Source: Lama glama
Taxonomy: Eukaryota
Assembly: GCA_028534125.1 (NCBI GenBank)
Contig: CM052839.1
Span: 12,958,001-13,022,000, forward strand
Direction of reading: 5' to 3'
Length of the DNA: 64,000 nt
In this document: one piece after another, positions 24,201 through 36,200 of the stretch
Layout: each line of letters begins with the position of its first letter
How positions within the stretch are numbered: position 1 is the stretch's first letter
Translations under genes and position numbers: made by a program
Notes under the pieces: model-generated
What the model saw: only the letters and a program-made list of their open reading frames with translations
What the model was told of the DNA's origin: nothing
Databases searched by the model: none

Positions 24201-27200
24201 GGATCTATACTGGTTTCATCCCCAATAAAACCAAATCCACTGGACCTGCCCCAGCTTCAGCACCGAGCTGCTGTTATCCCGCCGATGGTAAGTTTTCAAC
24301 GTAAGTTGAAAAGTAAAGTTGGAAAAAAAAAAACCCTTTGGAGACATTTCTTCTCTTCTTTAATCAGTACTTGATTTTTTAAAAAAAAAACTGTAAAAAT
24401 CACATAGCATGAAACTTCCGTCTTAACTCTTTTTTAAGGGTATAGTTCAGGAGCGTCAAGTATATTCACATTTTTGTGAAACAGGTCTCCAGAACTTTTT
24501 TATCTTGCAAAACTGAAACTCTGTGCCCATTAAAGCAACACTCTGCTTTCCCCTTCCCTCAGCCCCTGGTAGCTGCCAGTCCCCTTTCTGTTTTATGAAC
24601 TTGGCTGCTTATACAAGGGGACTCAGACAGTGTTTGTCTTTTTGTGACTGGTCTCTTTCACTCAGTGTCCTCAAGATGCATCCGTGTTGTAACACAGTGT
24701 CAGGTTCTCCTTCCGCTTTAAGGCTGACTGATATCCCGTTGTATGTTTAGACCATGTTTTGTTTATCCATTCATCTGTTTCAGATGGATTCATTGTGGTG
24801 TTTGACATAGTCATTTCCAGTTAGGCAAAAAAGAAAGAAATACAATGTTCTGGCCGTTAGTATTAGTAAGTTTTGTTTTGGTGGTGTTCTGCTATAAGAA
24901 CAATGGTAGAATAAATGTTTAACTAACTTTTGAATATTACGAATAAATTATGGAGCTTATGGTTGACTTTAGTATACAGTTCCAAACCTAGTTTTACTTA
25001 CATTTTACCTTAATTACCTCTGAGTTTGACTCCCTTTGATTCTGAAAGCTGCTCTTGGGTGTTGCTCTTTTACTTGGTTATGTTCTAGCTCTTGCTTTAT
25101 TTCACAGGATAAAAATTTGTTTTCCTGTCTCATATGATGATGTAAAAGTTAAGTGTGTGCTTGTGTTAAATATAAACATTTGTTCATTCATTGATTTATT
25201 CAAGTGGACATCTATTGAATGTCTGCCCAGTTCAAGATGACATTTTTAATGCTGTATGGAATATTTACACACCGTAATCTCTGGCTTCAGAAAACTTAGA
25301 GACTGGTCTTGCTTCTAAGACATAGAAAAAAATAGTAATAATAATTTAAAAGAACTAAAATGTGCTTCGTTAGGTTGAAAAGTGTACTATACTATGTTAA
25401 TGAAAGCTTCTTTCTCAATGAGCCACTTAAAGAAGACACGTAGAAAATGACAGTTCATTTCGCTCTATAGCAAAGGAAGGATAAGCCACCTTACACGTAA
25501 GCCAAAACACAAAGGCAAGAAAATTATGTGTGTTTTGGATTCAGTGAAAGATCCTGCTTATAGTAGGAGAAAAAATTATGAAAGTCTTTAGAGAACAGGT
25601 TCTAAACACATCACATCTCTCCCCTTCCCAGGACTGTTTTGTATTCGTGAAGTAATGGTCTGTCTTAAGGGCTGTTTATTTAGTATGTGACAGAGCAGCC
25701 TGGGGTCTTTCCTTCATGAGTGGCGAGAGACAGAAAATAAACAGAGAAAACAAACATAATTGCAGTGAAGGAAAGGAGCAGCGTGCAGCAGGAAGGAAGA
25801 CGGGGAGGGCTGCAGTATTTTATTGGATGGTTAGTGATGGCCTGTCTGCAGAGGTAACACTGACTTTCCATCCTGAAGGGAGCTGATTCGTCAGTGAGTT
25901 GGTCGTGGGGCCAGGAGGTGGATGGGTGCCCTTGACCGCCAGGTTTCTGGCTCACTGCTGTGTCAGGTGGAGGTCACTGAAAGAGAAGCGTCGAGTTTAG
26001 AAAAGGAAAAGTTGTTTCCAGTAGAAGTTTTGAGGTGCTTTGAGATATCCAAGTGGAATTGGGAAGGCAGTTTGTGAGCATGGAACTTGGAGGAAATAGA
26101 AATGTATGTGTTACTAACTTAATAGAGGACACGTGAATCCTCAGGAGTGGGCATGAGCCCCGGGGAGAGGACGTGGAGGAGGAGGAGGGGTGGGGCCCAG
26201 GCCGAGCCACGGGGATTCAGCATCGTAAGTTAACGGCGGATGGAAATACTTTAATGTCTGATTTTTATTTCTCTTACCACAACTTTCGGAATTTATGTTG
26301 TGTTCACTTCTGAGAGTAACTGTTTAGCATTTTAAGCCTTATGCTTGCAGATTACTTTGAAAAATGGCAGAATCACTTCAGCCCGTAATATTACAGGAAT
26401 AAGCATTACTTGCAACAGAGGCTTTGGCACACTGAGGTTTTCTGTCTCCCGCAGGTTTCCTGCGCCCCGTGTAACATGCCCGTCGGGGCCCCCGTGAGTG
26501 GCTACGCGCTCTACCAGCGGCACATCAAAGCCGTGCACGAGTCCGCGCTCCTGGAGGAGCAGCGGCAGAGGCAGGAGCAGATGGATTTGGAGTGCAGGGG
26601 CCCTGCCAGTCCCTGCGGCACCTCCAAGAGTCCCGGCAGAGAGTGGGAAGGTGGGTAGAGCCGTCGCCACACAGAGCCTTTTTGATGGGAGGTGAAGCCA
26701 TACCTGAAAAGTAGTGTCCTTAGTGCTTTGTGACTTGATATGTGGTGCTTGCCCCTAACAGATAAAATTCCTTTACGTTGACGTCAGTTAAACTATCAGG
26801 GAATGTCAGTATTAGCCATACTAAAGGGTGGCAGTGATGCTGGGCTTCTTGTTAATGTCAGTCTCCTGATGTTCATCTTCGTGCTGAGTGCCTGGATGAC
26901 TGTCAGAACCATGCTTTACACTGCATTCATCTGAGTTTCCAGAGTGAGAGCCATCCTGTCCTCCAAGCAGATCACCCATATAGCAGGGTGATGTCCTGAA
27001 TCTCCGGTGTGATGGGAGACAGCTGTGTGTGGCGTGTAGCCAGGCAGACCCTGGCTTACCCCTCACCCCAGCACTGCCCAGTTGTGTGGCCGTGGGCAAG
27101 CCGCTCGACCTTCTGTGTGTCTAATCGCTCTATGTCCCTGCCTTGCTGGGATTACAGCCCGTAAGAAAGCGTGAGCATTCAGTGCTGTTCTGTGGCACGT

Positions 27201-30200
27201 GGCCCTGCATCCTCCCGAGCGCAGTGTAGTCCGTAACAGGCGTCAGCGGCGTGTGCGCAGTGTAACTGACTCCGTGAAGGTCCTGCCACCGCTGTTAAGT
27301 CACTGTTGGTATTCAGGTGGCAGAGGTGAGTTGTGCATGCTCTTTTTAGATGGTCCATGATACACCTGATTTTAAAAAAAGGTGAGGGGAGTGATATGTA
27401 GATTGTAGTAAATTCTTCTGGTGTGGGCAGAAAGCAGCACGTGTGCCCTGGCTGGTTGTTAACTTGCGGCCTCTGTGTGAGCTGCTTACAGTGTAAGAAC
27501 ATCGAAGTCTTCTGTGATTCTGGTTTCGTTTTTGTGATGATTCAGAAGACTCTTTGCAGTGCCTTATACAGATGAGTGAGAGCTGTCGGCTGCAGAGTGT
27601 GCTGTCTCAAGGGCTGTTTAGTGCAGAGCAGCAGCCGGCTCCTTGACTGGCTTGACTCCCGCCCCAGGCCCACCAGTGGTGAGTTCATCAGTTAGTGGCA
27701 CCCGGAGTCTCTGTGGTGAACCAGAGTGATAATTCCCACCAAGGCTGGGTGTGTAATAGGTGCTAAATGAATGGTTCTGAAGGAAGGTTAAAGCCCCAGA
27801 GTTACCACTGGCTGTTTACTGCATTGCATCTAGAGCATCCTTAACCCCTAGCTCAGTCGTTGACACAGTGTGTGTGCGGCGAGCACATGCAGCAGGAACG
27901 GAATACGTCAGCGGCAGTGTAAATGGACTTAGTGCACGTGCTCGTCTTTTGAGCGTTCCAGTTATGAGAAAATCTGTCGTAATGCGAATGACAAATTACA
28001 GAATAATATAAAAGTCTGTTGATCTGTTCCTTACATAAATGATTTAGAATAAATTTTCTGAGGAGAATTAAAACAAAGAAAAACGGTATTTGCTGAACAC
28101 ATGCTAAAGCTTAACTTTATTCAGTTGGTAATATCTGGGCCATTCTAATATGTCTTTATTTTATAGATATTTTAGGACCTCAGTTTCTTTTCTTCATCTC
28201 CTTTACAAAATGGGTTGTATCTGGGAGCTGGAGAGACCAGAAGGATTTAAGGCTAGAGTCCTAAGTTCTGAGACTCCGGTCTGTGAACTGCACTTCTCCG
28301 TGGTCAGTCACACTGAGTCGTGTGGTTTAGAGCGGAATGCTGCCCTGATTTTTAGTTTTAATGCAGTAGTCTTAAAACCAAACTAGTTACATATTTGATC
28401 AAAGTGACATCGAGGTGTTTGTTAATATGGCACCAGTTTGATTCAAGGTGACTCTCTACAGACTGGAATGGTTGATTACATTTTATCCTGAGGTGAAGTT
28501 TTGTTTTAGTTAATCTAGCTGGTATGTTCATCCAGTAATTCATTTAACAAGTACCTGAAGGCTCTTCTAAATTTACAGCTATGCTATAGTTCAGTTAAAG
28601 GATACTCTCCCAAGTGACATTTGTATGTTTGCAGTTAATTTACATGTAGACTGTTTACTTCAAGTATTTTCAGTGCAGTGTCGTAGAATAGTTTATGGAA
28701 CGTCAAGGGTAGTGAGAATGAGGACTTACGTACGAACCATCGCCAGACTGGTGTAGTCCCCTTGGTTGGGGCCATGGTTTTGGCTTTTCCCTTCGTGGGC
28801 CCGTTTAGAAGGAGTGGCAGCATCTGACAGTACTCACCTTCCTGTGCTGGCCATGGACGAATAATTATTGTAGATGTGCCCCTTTTAAGTGGCTTTAAAG
28901 CCTTTCCATTTGTAGAAAAGCTTGGAAAAAACCTCAGAGAAAGATTGTTTTCATTTTCCAGTAACGTTTACACATGTTGACTTCTGCTTTAGTTGGAAGC
29001 CTTTTTTCTACAGTGAAGGAACTCAGAACTGAAATTCTAGCTGGTTTTAACAAAATCTATCCAGTTAGAGTAAGAGTTAACACTTCTGTGCAACTGAATC
29101 TAGTTTTTTGTTTGTTTCTTTATTTTTTCAGCCGACTACATGATGATTTAAATAGCTGTGTTTAGAACCTTCTAAATTTCTATCTTTTCTTTTCCTTTAA
29201 CACTATTATCACAAAGTGTATTTTCTACATGATTATAAACTTACTGGACATGGTAAAACAATCAGACACTGAATATATATAATAGTAAACTTTTGTAAAA
29301 TTCTCCAGGAAGAAAGAAATGATTTTCTTTTGAACTTGGTTTATGTGACAAATTTGCACAGCGCTAGGACACTCAATAATCTAATTCATTACATTACTCT
29401 GTCAAAGAAGGACGAGTAACCTGACCCTGACGGCTGCCCGAGGGGCATCTGAGTTCAGTGCTTTGGGGAGGCATCGTTGTGCTGTGGGTTAGAGCTCAGG
29501 GCCAGGATCTGCACTCCTTTGGAGGAGCCCCCATCCTTGGCTGGGCGGTTAGGTGTGATTCTTTGGAGCTTCAGTTTCCTCATCTGTGAAATGGTGTCAG
29601 CAATCTCACTGGTCGTGAGGGCTAAATGAGAAACTGCATAACGCACAGTGCTCTGCACGAGGCGCAGAGTCCTGGCAGCTGGCAGTACTGCCATCGATCC
29701 CGGATTTTACAAAAACCTTAGTAAGCTAAAGAACTTGGACGCCTTGTGCTGATGATGCTCTGTGTGAAACCAGTCACAAATCTTCCACTTAGCAGTGAAA
29801 CACTAGGGTCCTTCTCTGTAGAGAGTCTTGAGGGTGCTCTCTGTTACTCGCTGCAGTGCCGTAAGGAACAGGAACCAAGAAAGAAGTTTAGCTGTTTGAA
29901 GAGAGAACACAAGTGGTTATTCACAGGGTAAGAGTATCCACCTCAGAAGCCTAGAAGAATCAGTTGGAACGTTTTTAGAGCTAAGAGGAAAGTCATTAAG
30001 TTTCCCAGAAAAATTTGATACACAGATATCCACATCTTTCTTTCTTGTGTATCTGCAGTAATCAGTATGTATAAATATATATACATTCCGTATGTAATAA
30101 AAAGACGGTTTTCCTTGCAACAAAATATGAAATACCTATGGATAATTTTTATGAAATAATGAAAAATGACCTATATGAAAAAAATCTAGGTTCACCAGTT

Positions 30201-33200
30201 AGAAAACCCATTATAAACTGTTAAGTCTCCTATATTTGTAAATTTAATACACTATTCAATGAAAATCCCGGTGATACTTTGGAGAGGAAGTACTCAGAGT
30301 AATTTTAAATTCAGATTTATCTATAATAAATGGATAAGACTAGATAAACAAAAGGAAAAAAAAAGAATGGAGATTTGTTCTGGCAGTTGTTAAAATGCCA
30401 CAAATTAAAGGTGGTTTGGGTTACAGATGATTTTTACTTTCTTCTTTGTGCTTTTATGATTTTCCAAAATTAACAATATGTCCGTTTCACTTTTTAAAAA
30501 GGAAAAAATTATACATTTATATGTAATTATATATATATGTATTTTTAAGTCTTAATACGGCTGCGTATCTGATAACGCCCTTTAGGTGCTTGAAGCTTGT
30601 TGTTTGCCGCTCCGTGTGGAGGGAGGCTGTGTGGAGTGATGGTCATTGGCGTTACTGTACAGTTCATGGTCCGTGAGCTTGTGTGGCTTTGTTTTTAAGT
30701 AGTTCAGTCTGCCTCCTTTGAAAGGCTTCTTCCATTTCCTGCTTACGCTTACTTCTCTGCATATTAAGTGGTGGGCTGCAACAGGCTAATTCTAGGAGCT
30801 GAAATGCTCAGAGGTCTGGCCTCTGACTCAGGCCAGGCTTGGATCCGTAGGATGGCTGGATAGTCCGGTGTTTGCCTGTTGTGATCTTTATTGCCTGTGA
30901 AAATGCTTGATTCTCTACTGAGAGGAAAGAGAAATTCTTTGTCCTTTGAAGGGAACAAGAGTGATTGAATTTTTGAGCGTTTTATGAGGTCCTAGTGATG
31001 GTGCTTACACAGAAGATTGAGGTTTTCAGGGTTTCCTAACCTCTCCGTGGGTGGATTCCCCCCAGGAAGTTAGACCTTGGTAGTAGGATCTGCCCCTGGA
31101 TGGTGTGGGCTTGGTCCTTCTCACACTTACTATTTTAATTTGGGGTTCTTCCCTTATTTTGATGACTTTAACTTTCATAGGAAGATCAGTCGCCTATATG
31201 CCTCATGCTGAGGTCAAACGTGCCCTAGAGCAGGAAGCTCAGCTGTGCAGGCTCTCGCAGAGAGAAGGCAGTAGAGCCGCGCCCCCGCCCGCAGTGAGCG
31301 CAGCCCTCTCTAGTGCCCCGCCAGGTAAATATCGCGCCTCTGCACTGCGGCTGCCGGCCTCCGCCCACAGCCCGAGGCCGGGGTGCTTCACGTCCAGGAC
31401 GCGTCCTTGCTGCTTCCAGTTACTTTCTTGTCTCTCTGCATCCCATCCTCAGTTGTACTCAGTTGAGGGTCACGGGGCCACTGGGAAATCTGTGTTCATA
31501 TGTGTATCCTGTGACATTGACTGCCTTTTCTTTTAAGAGTACGTGTACTTTGTAAAGACCTTGAGATCCAACCCCCGCCCCCAAAATGAAGTGTCTGTGA
31601 GAATCAGAATCAGTAAATGTCTTTCAAGTTATGCAAGATGCAAACAGGACATTTACTGGCTACGTCACATCTGTGTGTTCTCCAGAGTTGTAGGACCAGC
31701 TGTTCCTAAGAAACACCCTCTTTCTCACCTCCATTGTGAGGTCCAAAGAGTGATGGAGAGAGGAAAAAGTACCGAAGATCGCCGTTTGCATACGCCAAGC
31801 GGACATAGTTTGAAATGAATGTGAGCTTGAGAGCTCTGGTTTGACAGGGAGTTGACTGTTTCAGCCTCACAAATGCCATTTGTGACCTGAATATGTGCAA
31901 ATTTAATTCAAGTGAAAGAAATTTAAAGTAGAATGTTCGTCCTCGCCTCCATCTTGCACCTGCAGTATAATTTGTGGTTGAAAGATTCCAAGGTGGCTGA
32001 GACAGGTGGTGTCGCAGCTGGGAAACCGGCGGCTTTACATTGTTTTTCCTTCCTCTTCAAAGCCCTGCAGCCGGCGCCGCATCAGGTGATGACCGGCCTC
32101 CCCGAAGGGGTCCGCCTCCCGACAGCGCGGCCCACCCGGCCACCGCCGCCTCTCATCCCTTCGTCCAAAACCACCGTGGCTTCAGAAAAGCCATCGTTCA
32201 TCCTGGGAGGCTCCATCTCACAGGTAAAGGGCCTCGCTTCCCGGCGGACCTCCTGTTGGTTGTCGCTTCAGTAAAATGTCCCCTCGTTCTCACCCCAATC
32301 TGCCAGGGCCCTCGTTGGGAAACTGTGTTCACGAGGAGACGGTGATCTGAGAGTGCAGCCTCCAGGCTCCTGCAAGGGGCACACGGGGTTGCTGGGTCAC
32401 TGCCGGCCTGGCTGCCAGCACCGCCTGCTCACCGTGGGGCCGGGCTGCGCCAGGAGACGGGGTGGGCTCTGGGACTAGAATCTTTGTTGGCTGACAGTTG
32501 TAAAGGCTCTAAACATTGAGTTGTGGGTGACTGGTGAGCTCTGCTGGGTTCTGACTTTGCCCCCCACCCCACCCCATTTCTCATAAGGTCTTGTAACAGT
32601 TCAGTCAGTTTTGACTGATCTGCAAACCAGTGACCACACTGTCAGGCCAGGGGACGCTTCTGTCCCCTCAGAAGGCTTGCTCATGGCCCTCCCCACCTGG
32701 AGCAGCCTTGTCCTGCCTTCGTTGTCCCGGCTGAGCCTTGCCTTTTCCAGAACGTGGCAGCAGCAGAGTCACACAGTGTGCCCTCCCTGTGTCTGTCTGC
32801 AGCGACTCAGCTTCCTGGTTTCAGGGTTCAGCAGGTTTTTGTGCGGTCGGCAGTCTTCCTTTTCTGTTGCTGGGTTGTGTGACCACGTCAGTTTGTTTCT
32901 CTGTTTCTTGGTGGTGGAAACGTGAGGTGCTTCTGGCTTGGGACTACTGTGACTAAAGCTGACGTGAACATTCTGGAATGAGGCCCCGTGGGCGCACGTC
33001 TTCCTGCTCTGCGTGGCCCGGAGAGGTGTGCTTCCCTGTGTGCTCACCCCGAGCGGCTGCGGTTTGCGCGGCCGCCGGCCTGCCTGAGCCGCGTGCTGTC
33101 TTTCTCGCTTGTTCTAGTCATGTGGTGGGAGGCGGGTGTTTCATTGTGGCTTTACTTGGCATTTCCCTGACAACAGGGGACGTCGAGCACGTTGCAGACA

Positions 33201-36200
33201 CGCATTGGCCATCTGTCCATCTGAGTGTGAAGTGACCGTTTTAAGTCTCATTGCCTGTTTCACTGCGTCTTTTTGTTAGGAGGTTGCAGAAGTTCTTCAT
33301 GTCATGAAGGAAAGTTCTGTGATACTCTTTTTTTTCTTTCTATTTGTGGCTTGTGTCTTTCGATGAGTAGAAGTTTCACATTTCGAAGTCCATGTATCAC
33401 TTCTTCCCTATCAAGATTAGTTCTTTTCCTCTAAGGAATCCTGGCCAGCTTCAGGCTTGTGAGACGTTCTCCCAGGCTTTCTTCTGAAAGCGTTAGAGTT
33501 CTGGCTTTCGCACGTAGGTCTGTGATGCGGGTGAAGGGAATTTTTGTGCGCAGAGTGAGGCCAGGCTGCCGTCGCCCGTCCGTGTGGACCTGCAGCCCCG
33601 GAACGTCGCTCAGGAAGTCTTCTCTTCCTCCTCCCTGTGGGCGCTGCGGTGCCTTTGTCAAAGGGATCTGGTGGCGCGTCTGGGTCTGTCTCTGGGCTCT
33701 TCTGTCCCGCGACCTGCTCGCCACCCTTTGTCCACACCGTGGTACTGACGGCCGTGGCTGTTACAGTAAAAGTCTTGAGATCATGAGTACGAGTCCTCGA
33801 GTGCTTTCACTTTTCTAAGACTTTAGCTCTTCTGTGTCTTTTGTATTTCCATATAAATTACATAATCAGTTTGTCGGTTCCTACAAAAAAATTCTCCTGG
33901 GATTTTGGTTGCAGTTCCATTAAGCCTGTAGGTTAAATTTTTTTTAATTGAAGTATATTTAGTTTACAATGTGCGTAGGTTGCTTCTTAAGGAGATGGAG
34001 CTTCTGACTCGTGACACATTGATCTCTCCGTTCATTTAGGTCTTCAGTTTCAGCGATGTTTTGTAGTTCTCACCATAGAGGTTTTGCACGTTTTGTTAGA
34101 CTTATGATCCGATAATTTGAATATTTGTAGTGTATTTTGTTCTTATAAGTGATTTTATTTTTAAAAATTTCACTTCTGGTTCTTGCTAGTGTGCAGGAAA
34201 AAGCTGATGTTTTCCCCCTGACTTGATCTCCTGTGACATCCCTGGCTGCTCCTAGAGGGGTTCCGTCTGTCTGTTTTTGGCAGGGGATAGATTTCTGAGG
34301 ATTTTCTGTGTGCGAGTCACCTGCAGATAGACAGCTTTGCTTCTCCCCTCCCAGCCTTCATGCCTCTCCCCTGTCGCTCTTCACTGAGCAGGCTGGGGCA
34401 GGATCTCAGTGCAGTGCGCGGCGGGGGAGGGGCGGGAGGGCGCTCAGCGCGTCCCACGCAGCGTGTCCACCGTGGTCTTCTGTCGTCAGGGCGGTGTTTC
34501 CGCGCAGTCTTAGCTTGCTGGGAGTTCTTTTCTTTCTCTCCAGTTGTATTTTTCAGCTTCCCGATTTCTTTATGGTTCTTCTCTCTGGTTTCTTTCTCTT
34601 TGTTAACAGTCTCTGTGACGAGACATCATTTTCATGCTTCCCTTTAATTCTGTTACACAGCTCTCTGCAGTTCATTGAAGATGCTTATACTAGCTGCTCT
34701 GAAGTCTTTGCCCAGCAAGTCTAAAGCCCAGGGACAGTTCTTACTGCTTTTCCGCCCCCACCCCCCATCCCCTGTTTCTTTGCTTGTCTTACTTTTGGTT
34801 AAAGCTGTAACAGGATGTGGCAGCCCTGAAAATCAGATTCTCCCCTCTCCCTGGGATTTGCCATTCTTGCTGTGTGCCTTTCTTGCTGTTTATTTGCTGG
34901 GTGACTTTTCAGAGCTAATTCTGTAAAGTCTGTATTCCCCGTCACATGTGGCCACTGGAGTCTCTGTTTGCTTCGTCAGTGGTCAGCTGACGGCTGGACA
35001 GAGATGTCAACGCCCAGAGTGAAGAAGTGCCCCGGTTGTTCCTGGGGCTGTGTGTGCGCAGGGCCGCGCCTCCGGCGTTCAGCCAGGCAGCTCACAGCCC
35101 TGCCGGCGTCTCCCTTCCTGCTGCCACAGGCCTTGAGGTCAGCGGGCTAAGAGCCCGCGGCTCCGCTGGCTTCCCCAGCGCGCTCACGGCCTTCTAGACT
35201 CCTGGGGGAGGCGTTGGAGCTTTTCTCACCCTCTGTGCACGTCTCTTTCCTGAGCCTTTCCGTTTAAGGTTTGGGTTACCCTAGTTTTCCCTGACTGTTG
35301 TCTTCTGCCTCGTGCAGTGGGGAAGTTAGTCCGTTGACTCTGACTGATTGGTTTTGACCAGCCTGTACCTCTTCCCCACCGCAGTCAGGCCGGTGAAGTC
35401 AGCTTTGCAGGTGGGTCTCTCAGAGCCACCGGGCCATTCTGTGCATGGCAGTTCCCGGAAGTGAGGCTTGTGGTGAACCCTTGCCGGGTTCTTTCCCCTC
35501 CAGTGTCTGCGGACTGTGCCGGGGGCTGTTGACCTGCTCGGCTGCCGCAGGGCTGGGGCGGGGCGGGCAACAGAGCAGGAGTTCTGGTGACACAGAGCTC
35601 CCCGCTGTCACCCAGGCTCCGTCACGTCTCTTGAATAAATACTCCCAGGTTTCTACAAGCCTTTGGCTGAAGAGTTGGGAAGAGCTCTTAGAAGGTCATT
35701 CGTGCCATTTTGCAGGTTTTCTAGTTGCCTTTATGGAGGATAGGTTTTGAAAGTCCTAATAACGCTACCGTTTTCTTTGCTGTCACTGTCGCGTAGCATT
35801 TTTAACAGGAATAAATATTGTTAGTAAAAGCAATGTACATTTTGAGTGTATAGTTAATGCTGTTATTTATGTAATTTGTTGATAAATATTATCAACGTTG
35901 CATGGTAATTTTGGAGGACATCTCTTGCACCTTAAAAAAAATTAAATTGATTTAATTTAATCAATCTGTGACAATCTTCCTGCTTTACAAATACCCGTTC
36001 TTAATTTTGGGCAGGGGGTGGGTTGGGAGGTGTAAGTTTTATAAGCAGAAAAGCAAACATTAAGTGTATGTAGTTGGCCTCGTGCAAAGACAGTGTTATT
36101 TTAGTCCTTTAACATTATTTTTAGGGGACCCCCGGCGCTTACTTGCCTTCTCCTAACCAGGCGTCCTACGCCCCGGAGGCAGCCAAGCCCTCGGCAGGCT

